Shown in pieces: positions 14,581-28,790 of a DNA stretch of 64,000 bases. Source of the stretch: Glycera tridactyla (taxonomy: Eukaryota). Location: assembly GCA_965644265.1 (NCBI GenBank), contig OZ286462.1, positions 35,154,001 to 35,218,000 of the forward strand, in the 5' to 3' direction. The position numbers and the translations under genes were made by a program. The first letter of the stretch is position 1; each line of letters begins with the position of its first letter. Below the pieces are notes generated by a model that saw nothing but the letters and a program-made list of their open reading frames with translations, was not told where the DNA came from and did no database searches.

Positions 14581-15700
14581 CTCCATGGGTGAGTAAATCA
14601 TTATACATCCATAAAGGTTCATGCTGGAAGTCTTGAACACTGGAACATTTCCATACAAGTACAAGCATCAATAACTCGAACAAATGAACATACAAGGTAC
14701 AAGGAAGAGAAGATAAGGACAAAGCAAGAAATCATATCACTGGAGACCCGGAAGAGGAGTCTTGGGTGGGTGCATACATGCCTCTCGCATAGACATCTCA
14801 AAATAGTCAGGATGATGCTCATGGGATGTAAAACAACAACAGTATAATAGTCCACTCATTTCTGCAAGTCAACTAATGATAACAGAGACATTGTGTGCTT
14901 TCTGATACAATAAATCAGTAAATTATGGTGAGCTGTATTCCAATGGTAAGCCCTCCTTCCCACCCTGAATTCAACTCCCCTCCTCTTCACCCTGACTTCA
15001 ACTGGGTAAAGACTGATGCTGACACCAATGTTTTCATAAAAATAAATCACTTTCAAAACACCATAGGTACAGCCAGGTGCCAATAAATAGCTCGAATGAT
15101 GACAATACCTGCATGTTTCATGATCATTTCTGAGAAAATCACAAAACTTCAACATAAGTAGGATTAAAATATTCGGCAGGTATAACCATGCGAGAATATT
15201 CCACCATCAGACCACAATCTTAAGAAGGTGGCCAACAATGAAAAATGTCAATTTGCATTACACAAATTTTGTCCAACATTAACTGATGCCAGACACGTGA
15301 GTACAAACAATAATGAAGCCCAAATTACTATCAAAGATGTGGGCTATCTGGCAATGGGCCATGCAAGGAGAAAATTGCCTTATTTACTGGCTTATCCATG
15401 ATCTATCACATCACTCAAATTTGCTGAAACTGATCGCAGAATGGGTAAATTGGCCTCTGTGTGAATTTGAAATGCTGTTTTCGTTTCATGATCATCACTA
15501 GTGTTCGCAATTCGCTGTGTTCTGTCTGGGCAAAACCATTGAGTTATTCAAAATGTGTGATATTGACTAAATATGGACTTTTTTGAGAGTTTTGGGACAA
15601 CATATATCTTGGGTCGACCTGTGTGCCAATATATACAATACTTGCAATAAATGTGGTGTGGAACCTCTATGATGATACATCAAGCTGTTGGAATGGCAGC

Positions 15701-15830
15701 ACTCTGAAGATGTGCTGTATTATTGACTGTCTCAATGCTTTTTGATAACAATTAATGTAATGGCATCACTTTGAAGATGTGCTGTATTATTGACTGTCTC
15801 AATACTTTTCGGTAACAATTAATGTAATAA
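15701..15830. repeat. 67-bp tandem duplication
   Basis: act(c/t)tgaagatgtgctgtattattgactgtctcaat... at 15701 and 15768. Confidence 0.9.
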
Positions 15831-16296
15831 ATTTTTTAAACCATCTGGTCCCCTATTTTCTTCATCTAATCATTTTTCACAAATTCCCTTATCCTAGCAC
15901 CTATAGTCATATATGTGGGGAATGAATGGAAAACAAAGAAAAACTCAAAAAATGAAAATAGTGACCTCTGAAGATTCATGATGCGCATGCTCAAACCAAT
16001 TTGTCTTGGAACAGTCCTCAGTCAACCAGATGAGGCAAAGATGTTTGCCAAATATTATACGGAATGGATAAAGTACCTAGAGCTGTACAGGCTCAAAGAT
16101 CGCATGTAATGCAATGCGTCTTATATTAAAAGGCACAAAACAAAACTGATATGGAGATGTGTGGCGAGCCACAGAGATCTGTAGCTTAAAGTTCAAAATA
16201 TGTGCGATTTGCGGTTTTTGCACTATTAGATGAGGTTTGAAAAGAAGTGAATTAGCCACTCAGATAACTCCAAATTTATTGCAGTCGCCATTGTAA

Positions 16297-16890
16297 AACA
16301 TAGCCTTCACTGAAGGCGGCCCTCGTCTCAACGAAAACGCCTCGAACACTAAACTCAAACACCTCCAATATATGTAAAACAGAGATGACCCAACTCATGC
16401 TGTGAATACAAATTTTCATACAAGGGTTGGATCTATAAGCTGATGCTCATTGAGAGTATGCCTTCATGGCTGGCATCCATCATGGATTGGTTACTGGTTA
16501 GGGACAGCCACCTCCATCTTGAAAATTGATTCCTGAAAGCGATTTTGACATTAAATTAGTAGGCCTTCTTTCAAGACCCTGCATTGGCTAGAATTCAATA
16601 GGTAATGCTATGATATGCATCTATATCAAGTTCTATGTAGATAAAGACAGCCCCCATCTTTGGAAAGATCCATATTAGGAGAAGCAATTTTGTCTTGAGT
16701 ATCAGCAAAGATTATCATGAGGACCCCCTCATGAATGACATCCGTTGAGGGGGTGGGGGTGGAATGGTATGAAATACATGTCACATCTGCTTCAGCTAGG
16801 GACAGGCACCATCACTTGAAACTAGAATTTTAGTGAGGCACCTCCTCAATCGATATGTCCCCCCCCCCCCCCCGACTTATTATTCACTAC
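16297..16890 (+). mobile_element. Short member of the same HINE-like family
   Basis: Start aacatagccttcactgaaggcgg matches 45024; contains the unit motif. Confidence 0.5.
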
Positions 16891-17029
16891 CCGCATGCCT
16901 CCCTGGCTCCCCATCTGCTTGCTTATTCATCTTTGAGTGAGCATGCTCACTGATAAGATAGACATTATTGGTTGACAACTATCCTTTGAGTGAAAAATAA
17001 TGATAATAATGTAGTGTACCTGGCCGCAG

Positions 17030-17340
17030 TTGTTGTATGAGACTTACAAGATCCGTCATAGGGAAACATCATCTGACCTACATGCCCTGTTTACTCATTA
17101 TATGCCAGACTATAGCAGGGAAACCCTAAGAACAAGGCACCTTTTACGAGCAGGCATGATGGTACCACAACGTTCTGCAGGGATTGGCAGATGCTCACTG
17201 ATCTGCCGAGCGGTCAATGCCTGGAATAATCGGCCAAGTGAATTACAAAATGCAACATCATCGTTGGCCTATAAACGGGCACTCCAATCATATTTCTTTA
17301 AATTGATCTAACAAAAATTGTTAGTATTATTATTATCATT
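17030..17340 (+). mobile_element. 3' end of a CR1/L2-group LINE
   Basis: ...SLICRAVNAWNNRPSELQNATSSLAYKRALQSYFF* followed by a (TAT)n tail. Confidence 0.7.
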
Positions 17341-18899
17341 TCTGTAATAACTTGTAGATCCTGGGTAGGATCCAATAGCAAGACAAAATGCAATTATATC
17401 GTTGAGATCTAATATGTAGAAATATATGTACAACGGTTAACAGCAATTGAGAAAGGACGTGATGTGTGAAAGAGAAGCGTCGATTTGAATGACGAAGCAT
17501 GAATGGTTTTCCACAAAGAAGCCCATGCACTTGACTGGCCATCTATATTTTTGAAATTGTATATATTGCTGAGCTATCCATCTTATTTATCTCCGCCATA
17601 TATGTAATACACATGTACTGCATTATGACAAATTATTATCTGACAGAGATCACCAGTTAGTAGGGAGTATATATCTTTATGTTTTCTGTATCTATCCTAT
17701 TGTCGCTCTCACGCGGACGACATAGGCCCCTTTCTGTCGTGTAGAGCATCCTAAATAAAATATGTTATATGTTATATGTGAGTATAACAATGTGTCCTGG
17801 GGTATGGGGGGGGGGGGGAGGGTCTCCTATGGTAGGATTTGTCCTTGAGATTATGCCCAGGCATCAGAGAAGTTCAGTCGAATTTGGGTCAGCGGTTTGA
17901 GTGGAATATTGCTAACAAGGGACGCCCTTGATCAGGTCACCTTGACCTAGGAAACTAGAACAATTCAACAAGTGAGATTTGTCCATATTGGTTAAGGTTT
18001 AGTTAGATTATAGTACAAAATATCAAATTTTGAAAGTAGCTCCTGTGACCTTGACCTTTTACCTTTTGGCACCATCATCAAAATGCCTGTTTATCACCAC
18101 TAGTTGTAGATGCACTCAATGATTATGGATGCACTGTCATGTTCCTGCTTGTGACAGGAACAATGAATGAGAGAAGTGAAATACATGAACAAAACTATTA
18201 CATTTTCACACTCAAGGACCTCGAAAGTTGAGATGACCCGAAAAATCTTGCCATAACTTTGCTGCTAACAGCAATTGTATACCAATATTCCAAGTATGAT
18301 TGCCATTGGGTATTCACAGGTAGCAACAAGGAGCACACACATGTGAGTGTGCATGCACGCACACGAACACACACACACACTCACAGAGGGAAGGCATTTG
18401 AATTGTGGCTTTTGTTTGAGGAGATAGGGAAGATGGAATCAACGACAAGTCACTAGAGCTGGTCAAAGGAGCATTGTCAATGACTGATGAATCATGCATA
18501 AAATGAATGCAACAAAGATGTCGTTCATTTCAGAGAGGTCACAATACAGACTGAGTTTAACTAAAATTGGTATCTTTTCGGTGAGATTTTGGTGAAATTG
18601 TGGCCCCTTGTGATCTTTAAAATTGTGTCACATGAACCAAAATCCAATCAACTCATTGGATTCTTCCAAGGGGTATGCCTGCCAAATTTCATCAAATTCA
18701 GATGAGTAGTCTCACTGCAGTCGTGCTCACATGATCTGTGACAGACAGATGGATGGACAGCCGGACAATACGAAATATATGTGTCCTTCTTCAGGGGGGA
18801 GACATAACAATTGTTCCTGTAAACAAATCTTTGTCCTCCAAATCAAGCAGGCTTGTTTCCATTCATTGCTGGCATTCAAGAGGGAATGCTATGAAATAT

Positions 18900-20100
18900 T
18901 TATGTTGTAAATTAGGTGCTGCCTGAAAAAAGCACCTCTGTTTGAAAAATCTACTCATGAATCACCAATTTCGCCCCAAAAATCATTCAGGCTTTTCAGA
19001 CGACACCCATCCATAGCCAATGTTTATTAGGGAACACTATGAAATGCATCTGCATCAAGTTTGTTGTTATTCAGGAGAACCAGCTTCTTTAGAACAAGGC
19101 ATCAGTGATGCAGGGTCCCCCGCCGATGTGGGAGCTACTACAGTGAGCACCTCTGCTCCCTGAACTGCACAGAATGAAAGTTTTTTTTTTTTTATGGAGT
19201 CGACAATGTGCATGCCATTATGAAGTGTTTTGAGTAATTCAACTACCCATGGGCAGCCCAGCACTGGCCCAAGCCCGGAATAAATGTGCCAGTGCACAAT
19301 TCAACTGCCACGTGGGCAGCCCATCACATATCTAAACCTAGAATAAATGTGCCAGTGCACACCTCCACATTAAAATGCTTCTGGCAAAGTTGATTTAGTG
19401 TGATTCAGCTACAGAAGATAATATGGCTTCTGCATGTTCTGCAAAATCTTGATGGGAGTATATACCATCATGACATGAAGTTTTTCCGACATTTCAACTG
19501 CCTGTCCCCCAAAATCAATCACGCCTGTTGAGTGACGCTGTCCATGGCTACCATTCATAAGGGAATGCTATGAATTGCATCCATACCAAGTTTGGTGTGG
19601 CTATGGACAGACACCATCTTTGAAAAGACCCATTTCTGATTTTGATCTCAAAAGCACTCAGGTATGTTGGGAGACCCCATTCATGGCTTGCATTAATTAG
19701 GGAATGCTATGAATTGCATCCAGGTGTGTAGCTATGGTGTAGCTATGGACAGCAACAATCTTTTGAAAAATCAATTTCTGAAAAACAATTTTGACTACAA
19801 AACCGATCAGGCCTGGTGAGCATTCATAAAGGAATGCCCCAAAAATCATCAGACCTATTGCGAGACCCTGTCCATGGTTTACATCCTTTCAATCATTCAT
19901 CAATCTTTACAAAAATCCATTTTTGAGAAAGTGATTTCGACCCCAATACCAGTAAGATTCATGGCTGGCATTCATTAGGGAATGCTATGAATCACATTCA
20001 TGCCAAGTAGGGTGTGGCTATCCATGGCTGACATTCATCAAGGGAAGGCTTTGAAATCCATCGGGGTCATGTTTAGGATGGCTTGGTACTGAAAAACTCA
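18900..20100 (+). repeat. Tandem units of the same 145-bp family as 45020-46450
   Basis: Repeated agggaatgctatgaa...tttggtgtggctatggac; also at about 16440-16700 and 55080-55300. Confidence 0.75.
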
Positions 20101-20245
20101 CCAGATATGACAGATTATTGACTCTAAAAATATTAATCCCCAAAACACCAATGTCGTCTTACACCCTATGAGCACCATCTCGGCTATATTGAGTTGCCAA
20201 AGCATAACAGCATAAATGAAAACTTGAGAGTGTGAGGAACAACAT

Positions 20246-20451
20246 TCAACACCATTCTGGGTAGTGTTCTTCCAGAATGGTTCGAATGTGTTGAATATTC
20301 TCCTCACACTCCCAAGTCTCCTCACCGGTACTCCACAATATCTTGTAGTGCCAGACATTTTTAATCTTCCTCCTCAACAGAAGTCGCTCGAAATGATGAG
20401 ATGAGTCAGGAGATTCCCCCTTTGACATTGGCAGCAGGATATCCATAGCAC
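20246..20451 (-). CDS. Chromodomain-encoding candidate terminal exon
   Basis: tttttgtag phase-1 acceptor, then AMDILLPMSKGESPDSSHHFERLLLRRKIKNVWHYKILWSTGEETWECEENIQHIRTILEEHYPEWC*; fits chromo consensus E-x-I/L...Y-x-I/V-x-W...TWE-x-EEN-I/L. Confidence 0.65.
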
Positions 20452-21254
20452 CTACAAAAACCACAAATACACGGTGAACTATCATTTCCCTGACTCATCG
20501 GAATACAATGAAACCTGCAATGAGATACCACCTCTGAAAAAAGACCATTTTCCAGAGCAGCATGCTTATTGCCTACATCAATATATGTCTGACGAGAGAC
20601 CAACTCTCATGAGAATCTGTTTTTGGTGACATTCAGAAAGGTCTTTCATTGCGCATTTTGCTGGACAAGACATAGGTTTTGGAAACGAAATGACTAAATT
20701 AGATCTCAAATTTTCCAAGATTGGAAATGCTCTCAAAGGGGAACTAGAGAGATTGTTTGAGCATCATTGAAAATATGATTATTGTTAAGATGTACTTGCA
20801 TCTTGATTAGTGTGTGTAGGAGTAGGAGTGTGTGTGTGTGTGTGTGTGTGTGTTTGTGTGTGTGTGTACATGTGGCTTCAAATGTGTGCTACAAGTCATG
20901 ATGAATCATAATGCCCATAATTTGTTTATGAATGGGTATTATTGTATGTATGTAGCCACGTGAATTGAAGAGAGACAAAAGTGATTAACAAAGTGTTAGA
21001 TTGACTATCGGATCGTCTGAAGAAATGATTGGACAATCAGACAAGTGACACCGACCGAGACAATGTACTCCACTCACTTTTAGGTTCCTCCTTTCTCAAC
21101 CGCTTGGTCTTGTTCATTCCTAAACAAACATTAGTAACAGGTCATATTAATGTTGACACATCGAAAAGACAAAATTAAAAATGCACCAAAAGTGAACAAG
21201 AATGTTTGCAAATATCATATCTGAATATACATAAATCAATGTAACATATATGAG

Positions 21255-22100
21255 GTAATCTCCCCAATAAGCGCTCCAATCCTCATTAGAGCCCCTTCCT
21301 TTGAATGCCTGACTATGATAGCCCCGGATGTCCAAATTTTCTACTCAATCTGTCAGCAAAGAAGCCAGATCCAACTTGCTAACTATGTGGATGAAGATGT
21401 CTTCTTACATCTCTGCTGTTTTGGGTGAATAGACAACACATCAATGAGATTTATGAATGAGTACCATACAAATCTATGTGAAGGAATACATTTGTATGAT
21501 CATTTTTAGTGTGCATTCGATATCTCCTGCGGTTTTGCTGATTACCTATCAACTCTGACACTCATAAGAGAACTTGACGGCCAGCTTTGACAGCTACTTA
21601 TATTTCAATTTCCCGCTCTTTCAGAGCCAACAAGGAGGCCAGATCCAACATGGTGCACGTGGATCTCTGCAGATATTGGCAAATATTTTGAGGAATCTTG
21701 AGATTTATGCATGGATACCACGCTATTTGATTCCAAGAAATTCATTCATATGATCGTTCTCGGTATGAGTTGAATATTTCTTTCTTATAATTATCGCGGC
21801 AAACTACCTCCATGGAAACACGGGTTTGACTTGTCGAAGTGAGAGCGCTTATCTGCTTATGTAGATGCTGCTTGTTGGTGAATATTTATCATATCCTCGC
21901 AGTCATTCTGTTTTCTCATCTATACAATACAAAAGGAACCTGAAGAATACATCTATGAAATATTTCTTTCATATTTCACCAGTCACTAATGTTTGTTCAC
22001 CAAAATACCCGATTATTCGCCCTTGTCAATTTTTGAACAAATAAGCGCCCCCCCCCTCTTTCTCAAATCACAAGTGCCCCATGGTGATAATCAGGGAGAA
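21255..22100 (-). mobile_element. Decayed inverted relative of the 59904-60542 MITE
   Basis: Shared motifs gccagatccaacatgg and caaaatacccgattat...gaacaaataagcgcccccc. Confidence 0.55.
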
Positions 22101-22304
22101 TATGGTATCCCCGTTTCAGAAACAGGACCAAAAAGTGTTCAAAAAGGCCTGAATTCCAAATTTGTCACATCATATAAAACTTCGCAAGGAATGAGGGATG
22201 TACTTGTCTGCTTCTGAAAACCACCATAATAGTTCTTTGGATGCAAAAACATACCCCCGGCTTATACGAGGAGGCTGATATGTGAGTATATACATTATAT
22301 GGTA

Positions 22305-23360
22305 CAGTAAAACCTCTTTCGTGAGACTGCCCCAAATGTCAACCGAAAACGGTCGTTCAAAAGAGGTGGTTGCTCATAAGAGGTTCGAAGTTGGCTGGTA
22401 AACAGAATGAAAGCACAAGGCAATTTCCAATACGTACATTCAACTCGCCACTGGTGATACACAAATATACTCCCGTGCACCTGAACATCGCCAAATTGAT
22501 GTTTATATCCTATATTTGTATACCGGATGATCGTTTTCGAAAAAATATTGAACACAATAGCATCCATGTCCGCCCCTTCTTCAATTCTTCTTTTCATTCG
22601 ACAGATGACGCATAATATTACCAAGGCAATATTCATACGATAATTGCATATGAAATGATTTTTATCGGGAAATATCGGCATTCTTGTCATTGCAATGATA
22701 AATTAATTCGAAACATAACCATCCAGTAGAATGTTCTCGTCTAGCGTGAGAAGACCCACAAAATGGCGCCATTGAAACTTTTATTATTATCCAGTAATCT
22801 ATGATCATCAACTCTGAGAGAGCATATACACGTTAGATAAAGAAATAAATGTACAGCTGTATTCCCTAGAAAATCTACCAATGCGTTCCTGTACGATTTC
22901 GAACATAATTGTACGTATAAACGAAATATTGGCCAAGATGCTTCATTCTCAATGATAGTTTCTTTGGGGCTGGCCACCATCTTGTTTTCTTGATGATCAT
23001 CTGATGGCAGCTCAGCCCACGTGTACAATTGCGTTTCACATAAAGATTGCTATTTAGACATGGTAGTTCGCCGAGATAGATGTTTACAGCAAGCGATCGT
23101 TGAGTATCAGTGAGGCATGTTGGCAAGAGAAGCCAAACAATGGCGTGAGGGTGATAAAAACAGTGAGCATTGCAAGGTGAGCAGATGTGAAGCCATGCAT
23201 GTAATTTTTGGCGATTCGACTGTATGAAGGTGGTCGTTCAAAAGAGGTGGTCGCTCATTGGAGGGGTCTCACAGTAGAGGTGAAATACATAAGAAAAATA
23301 ATTTTTGACGGGAAAAAGCGGTCGTTCAAGAGAGGTGGTCGCTCATAGCAGCTTTTACTG
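22305..23360. mobile_element. Non-autonomous TA-flanked DNA transposon, about 1.06 kb
   Basis: ta-CAGTAAAA ... TTTTACTG-ta, with internal ggtcgttcaa..gaggtggtcgctcat subrepeats. Confidence 0.7.
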
Positions 23361-25794
23361 TACTAGATTCGCACATCACTTTCAACTATGAGTTACAAAT
23401 GTTCTTCTCTTCACTCAAGAGTTATTTGTTGGACATTTTTTAACAGCATTTTCTGATGGAATCTGAGATTTTGTAATTATTTCTGGACAGAAAATCATGG
23501 AAAAGATGTTTACCTCAATAACATCCTTGTAACATTTTCATGAGTGACAAGTAAGATAGTTTTGTCCCATGCCCATAAAATCATATCAAGATATATAACA
23601 CTGGTAATGATAACACAAATAAATCCCATCTGCCGCATCAGGATTACAGCCAATCCTGCTCTAAGCAGACACCATTCGGGAAGGCAAACCGTGGCTGCTT
23701 AGGGCATATGGCTGCTTAGAGCAGGTTAATTATAGTGGAAAAACCTCTGGCAGGAAATTCAAAAGTGGCTGCCTAGGGCAGGTTGCTGCTTAGTACAGTG
23801 GCTGCTTAGGACAGTTCAGACTGTATAATATATGTTATACATATATATGCATTTGTTTCAGCAGCGGCATACTCATGCCATCTCAGCACCAATCAAGGTT
23901 GGGGAACATTAAGCTCAGTCCATCTTTGCCTTAATGTTGCACTCTCACAGACCATACCTACTCTCATAGTCATTTCACTGATATTTCAACCATGCCACTA
24001 TGCCGAGATCCTGAGATTTAAGTGAAATATTCTCTTGCTTGAGGTGAGTCAAAAGCCACTAACCAGAGAGGAGTAAGTGACCTTAGCTTCCTGAGTTCAA
24101 CACACATCTGACTATCATGAAGAATGTTAACGCTTTTGAAACTCAGAGAAGAAATGAATTTCAAAACACCAGTATTATTCATGGAAAAAGCAATGTGTCA
24201 CTTAGAGTGAAAAAGCTGAAAAGACAGGAAAATGGATGGTAAACTCACTTTCTTTTGCTCTTTTTCTTGTGGCTGACTTATTTCTTGTGACTGGAAAAAG
24301 AGGGCATCATTGTCATTTATGCTGTAATTCTCAAATAAAGCACAGTAAAATCTCTCTGTCATTTATCATGAAATTCTCAAATAAACCACAGTAAAATCTC
24401 TTTTCGGAAACCACCCCAAATGCCAACCACAAGTGGTCTCTCAAGCGGTCTTCATTGGGCAACTGCCAGATTACACCTGGGTGCAATGTGTTTGATCATT
24501 TTTAAGAAAATCATGACAATTTGCCATAAACGTGATGAAACATGATATGGATATGACCATTTGAAAAAGTTCCACCGGCTTGCAGCAAGATACAGTACAA
24601 TAGGATGGGGGTCAAGTGAAAAAGCAACATTCACAAACATCATTTATTTGTTTCACCACCTTTTTGCTTGATATCAATATATATATTCTTTTTCTAATTG
24701 TATCCAATTCACATATTAAACCTGAGTAGCAACTTTTTGGCCAAAAGAATTGATCTACGGGCATCCATTAGAATAAATGGGATCCATAACTGAAGTTGCT
24801 GCTTTTCCACCATGAAGCAACTCATTGTCATCCTGATCTCTCATAAAAGACTTGTTCCTGCTTGGAATTTCGCACATATTGAAGGAATCTTAGGATTGCT
24901 CTGAATTGATTGTATTGGTTATTTCAGAGATCAAATCACATATCAGATATTGCTGTAGTCAGGTGATTGCTTATAATGTTGGAACTCTAATCCTTTGCTA
25001 TATATCATTCCATACCCATTTCTCACCTGATTTTCCAATGATCTCTCCAGATAGTGCTTGATGTTCAGCCTCTTCTGGAATTAGACAAATTTACATAGAA
25101 CATCAACAAATTCCATCAGTTCATTACTGTCAAAAGGCATTCTTTTGCTATATGGGCAAAATGATGCTAATGACCTGAAGCGAAATTGTTGGCCAAGTCA
25201 ATACCGCTTCATGTATGTCTTGATACTTCCAACAAGATTCTAATTTCAATTTGCCATCTGAATTACTGGAATTCCAGAAGTTAATTCAGCATCCAGATAA
25301 CATCTATGTTACCTCAGAATGGATCCTCTTCACTTGCAAATATTTTTGGCAGCCTCCTGATACCACAAAACATTTATGCCAGAAACAGTTTCAGCAGTTC
25401 TGAATTCAGCAATAATTAAACACACTGTGATTCAGTTGTACCATGGTCTTTTCTTTCTCATGGTCATTCTTTGCAGGTTGAATTTATCTCAAGGCAGATA
25501 TTTCTGATATTCGAACCTTTTCTCCACACACGTGCCCAAATGATCATGCACCAAGCATATACTTTGAAGCGTTTGGTACATGCCCAGGGGTGCTCATGGG
25601 TGATAGGTGAATTTTGAACATGATGTGTGTCAAAGCACAAAAAATACAAAGGGTTCAATGAGAAAATTGGAGGCACTTGAATCATGTATGTTTCACTGGG
25701 ACCACCAACTCCCATCATTACCTCCATAATGATGTAGCCACAAAGAGAAAGCAAGAATCGAGAGATAGCACCCGACTCCTTTGAATTCTCTTAC

Positions 25795-25875
25795 CTATGG
25801 ATGTCGCGGATTGTTGGGGGAGTGACGATGACGTAGCCACACTTGCAGCCAGTGAAGACTGCATTGGGGAACATA
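25795..25875 (-). CDS. Ser/Thr-rich phase 1-1 exon, copy C (CSPMQSSLAASVATSSSLPQQSATSI)
   Basis: tttcag / G|GTAAGA; 81 nt. Confidence 0.6.
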   Translation of the reverse strand, partial: YVPQCSLHWLQVWLRHRHSPNNPRHP

Positions 25876-26329
25876 CTGAAAGGAAAAAATTCTGCTATTG
25901 AAAATATACTGAGCTTTCTCAAAAATTAGTNNNNNNNNNNNNNNNNNNNNNNNNNNNNNNNNNNNNNNNNNNNNNNNNNNNNNNNNNNNNNNNNNNNNNN
26001 NNNNNNNNNNNNNNNNNNNNNNNNNNNNNNNNNNNNNNNNNNNNNNNNNNNNNNNNNNACGAAGGATGCAACCTTTCTCTTTATAATATTGAATTATTCA
26101 TTTACACATCTCTCACATCACTTTGGTGACTTTGAATGATATGATAAAGGCAAGGAGGTTATTCTAGTGAAATACAAGTGTCACTCGAAGGCTCCATTTT
26201 TGGCAGTGATTTTCAGCCTTCAGACTCCTCTTGCTTCAAAGAAACATAATATGATGAATATTGTTGATGGGAAGACACCAAAATCCAGCATGCAGAATCA
26301 TATTAATCGCTGGCAATGGAACTCACATT

Positions 26330-26530
26330 AAGGACATGTACAATAATCTGAAGTTGTTTTACTTATCCGACAAATGCTTCTACAACCTTTGTGTACAGAC
26401 ATTCAAATGCCTAATTGGTCTCTCTCCACACTACCTCTCTGACAAACTGCGACTAGTCAGGGACATCCAAAGCTGCATTCAGGATTTTCAAAAGGAGGCC
26501 GATGTTTGTCAGAGAGGGTCCAATTTTACC
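26330..26530 (+). mobile_element. LINE RT C-terminal fragment (duplicated at about 28840-29030)
   Basis: LCVQTFKCLIGLSPHYLSDKL resembles the CR1/L2-group FKxLxGLxPxYL motif. Confidence 0.5.
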
Positions 26531-26862
26531 ACATCCTAACAGCCCAAAAACCACCATAAAGGGAAAATGTAAAGGTGTAATCACACCTGTCTATAAAGGC
26601 CACCTCTCGTCTAAAAAAGGCCATCGAAGAGTTGGAAAGTGGGGTGGGCGGGATGCTTTGGAAAATGCGGTGAAATCAGGAAGTAGGGGTGAGACAGGGT
26701 CGGAATAATAAAAAAGCGGGGTTGGTGAGGGTCAAGTTTCTATCAAGACCGGCCCCAACCCTATTCCAATGGAATAGCCCTAATGATGTTTCTCTAAATG
26801 AAATGTGAGAATTGAGACAATTTCGATCAAGCATAGCACCCAACTCCTTCAAAATCTCTTAC

Positions 26863-26955
26863 CTATGGATGTCGCGGATTGTTGGGGGATTGACGATGAC
26901 GTAGCAGCAGTTGTAGCGGTGGAGGTGGAGGTGGAGGTGGTGGTGTTAGAACACA
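26863..26955 (-). CDS. Ser/Thr-rich phase 1-1 exon, copy B (CSNTTTSTSTSTATTAATSSSIPQQSATSI)
   Basis: tttcag / G|GTAAGA; 93 nt (in-frame +12 relative to A and C). Confidence 0.6.
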   Translation of the reverse strand, partial: CVLTPPPPPPPPPLQLLLRHRQSPNNPRHP

Positions 26956-27899
26956 CTGAAAGGAAAGAAATCCGCTATTGAATATATACTGAGCTTTCTC
27001 AAAAGGTGGTGGCGGCGGCGATGGTGGTGATATTGGTGGTGGTAGAGGTGGAAGTGGTGGTGGTGGTGGTGGTGGTGGTGCCACAAAGGATGCAACCTTT
27101 CTCTTTATAGGTGACCAAACTATAGGGTTAAGCTATCCATCAACAAAATGAAGCTTCACATCTCTCACATCACTTTGGTGACTTTGAATGTTATGATAAA
27201 GGCAAAGAGGTTATTCTAGTAAAACGCCACAAGCAAAATACAAGATTCACTAGAAGGCTCCATTTTTGGCAGTGATTTTCAGCCTTCAGACTCCTCTTGC
27301 TTCAAAAAAACATAATATGATGAATATTGTTGATGGGAAGATACCAAAACCCAGCATGCAGAATCATATTAATGGCTGGCAAGTTTGTTTGTTTGTTTGT
27401 TTGTTTGATTTTAATGTCACTTAAACCGGCATGGGTTATATCGGACTGAAAAAACTTAAAATGCTGAAGAAAAGAGTCACTGCCTGTCGGGGGTCATCCC
27501 TACTCTTTGCGAAAGACAGCAGTGGATCTTTAAGGTGCGTCATGGAAGAGACTCCTATCACACGGACGGCCTTTGATATCCCAGTTGGCATGCACTGGGT
27601 TATCATGCATACGATCCATATTTGTCTAAATATTCCTAATTCGTGCAAATGATCGAATATGTGTGTTTGATCGCCTTTCATGAAAAGTTGTGTCATATTT
27701 TCAACAGTGTAATACTTTTCTCTAGTTTGCGATAGTTTTCTACAGTCGAGCATAAATGTTTGACTGTGAGATGGCATCTGCATGCAAAGCAATTAGGATT
27801 GCCTTTTTTTATTTCAGAAGGTGTTAACCGGTGAGATATGTATGTCCTATCTTCAGACGGAAAAGTTCTATTTCCTGTCTTCTATTCATAGTCCTAACA

Positions 27900-28790
27900 G
27901 GGAATCTATCCTCTAGTTTTGGTCTGATGCAATATAATTTATTTCACTTTTTGGTTCCCCATTCATTCTTCAAGAGTTGGTCAATATGGAGCTTTATTCT
28001 TGGTTTGACGTCTGAATAATGAATTACCATCTCAGTGACTGGCAGACCTAGAGCTCTTCTGGCCGCTTTATCAGCAGCCTCATTTCCAGGAATTCCAATA
28101 TGGCTTGAAATCCAGCAAAGTCTGACCGTCTTCTTCTGATGTTTGATTATTCTATACTCTTCTAAGATTTGCAAGAGTATACAGTTCCTGAGATGACAGG
28201 AACTTTTGTTTCTCAGAACTCGATATGTATTTGAATGCCATGAGTAAGCCCTCAGTTCAGCTGAGAACACTGTTGACCAATCAGGTACCCTACAGTAATA
28301 GGTTTGTGATTCTGTATAAACAGCTGCTGATGCTTTGCTCTCACATTTGGATCCATCAGTGAAGATGGCCTCATGATCGCTATAAAGCGATCCAATCCCC
28401 AGGTATCTACTTTTGTATAGGGATGGGTTGGTGGTCTCCTTTGTGACCTGAGCCAGTTCTAGGTGTATTTGAGGGACGTCGCAGTCCCAGTCTACGGTCT
28501 GAGCAGGGTCCATTTGTGATATTGGTAGTGTGTCAAAGTCACAACTACAAAAATGACTTTTGTACCTTATTCCAAGAGGAGCTATAAAGCGATTTAATCT
28601 CCAGGTATCTACTTTTGTATAGGGATGGGTTGGTGGTCTCCTTTGTGGACTGAGCCAGTTCCAGGTGTATTTGAGGAACGTCGCAGTCACAGTCTACAGT
28701 CTGAGCAGGGTCCATCTGTGACATTGGTAGTGTGTCAAAGTCACAACTACAAAAATGACTTTTGTACCTTATTCCAAGAGGAGCTATGAT
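27900..28790 (-). mobile_element. Non-LTR retrotransposon fragment (I-group-like RNase H), disrupted, with an internal duplication of about 200 bp
   Basis: IFTDGSK...STVFSAELRA ... LCWISSHIGIPGNEAADKAAR is an RNase H signature; 28380-28585 is duplicated at 28582-28786. Confidence 0.85.

Noticed and set aside
20406-20603. Cys-rich ORF upstream of the chromodomain exon
   Set aside because: No phase-compatible splice path or recognisable motif
26863-27084. Polyproline ORF
   Set aside because: It comes from a (CCA)n tract absent in copy A; the splice-supported frame is the Ser/Thr one
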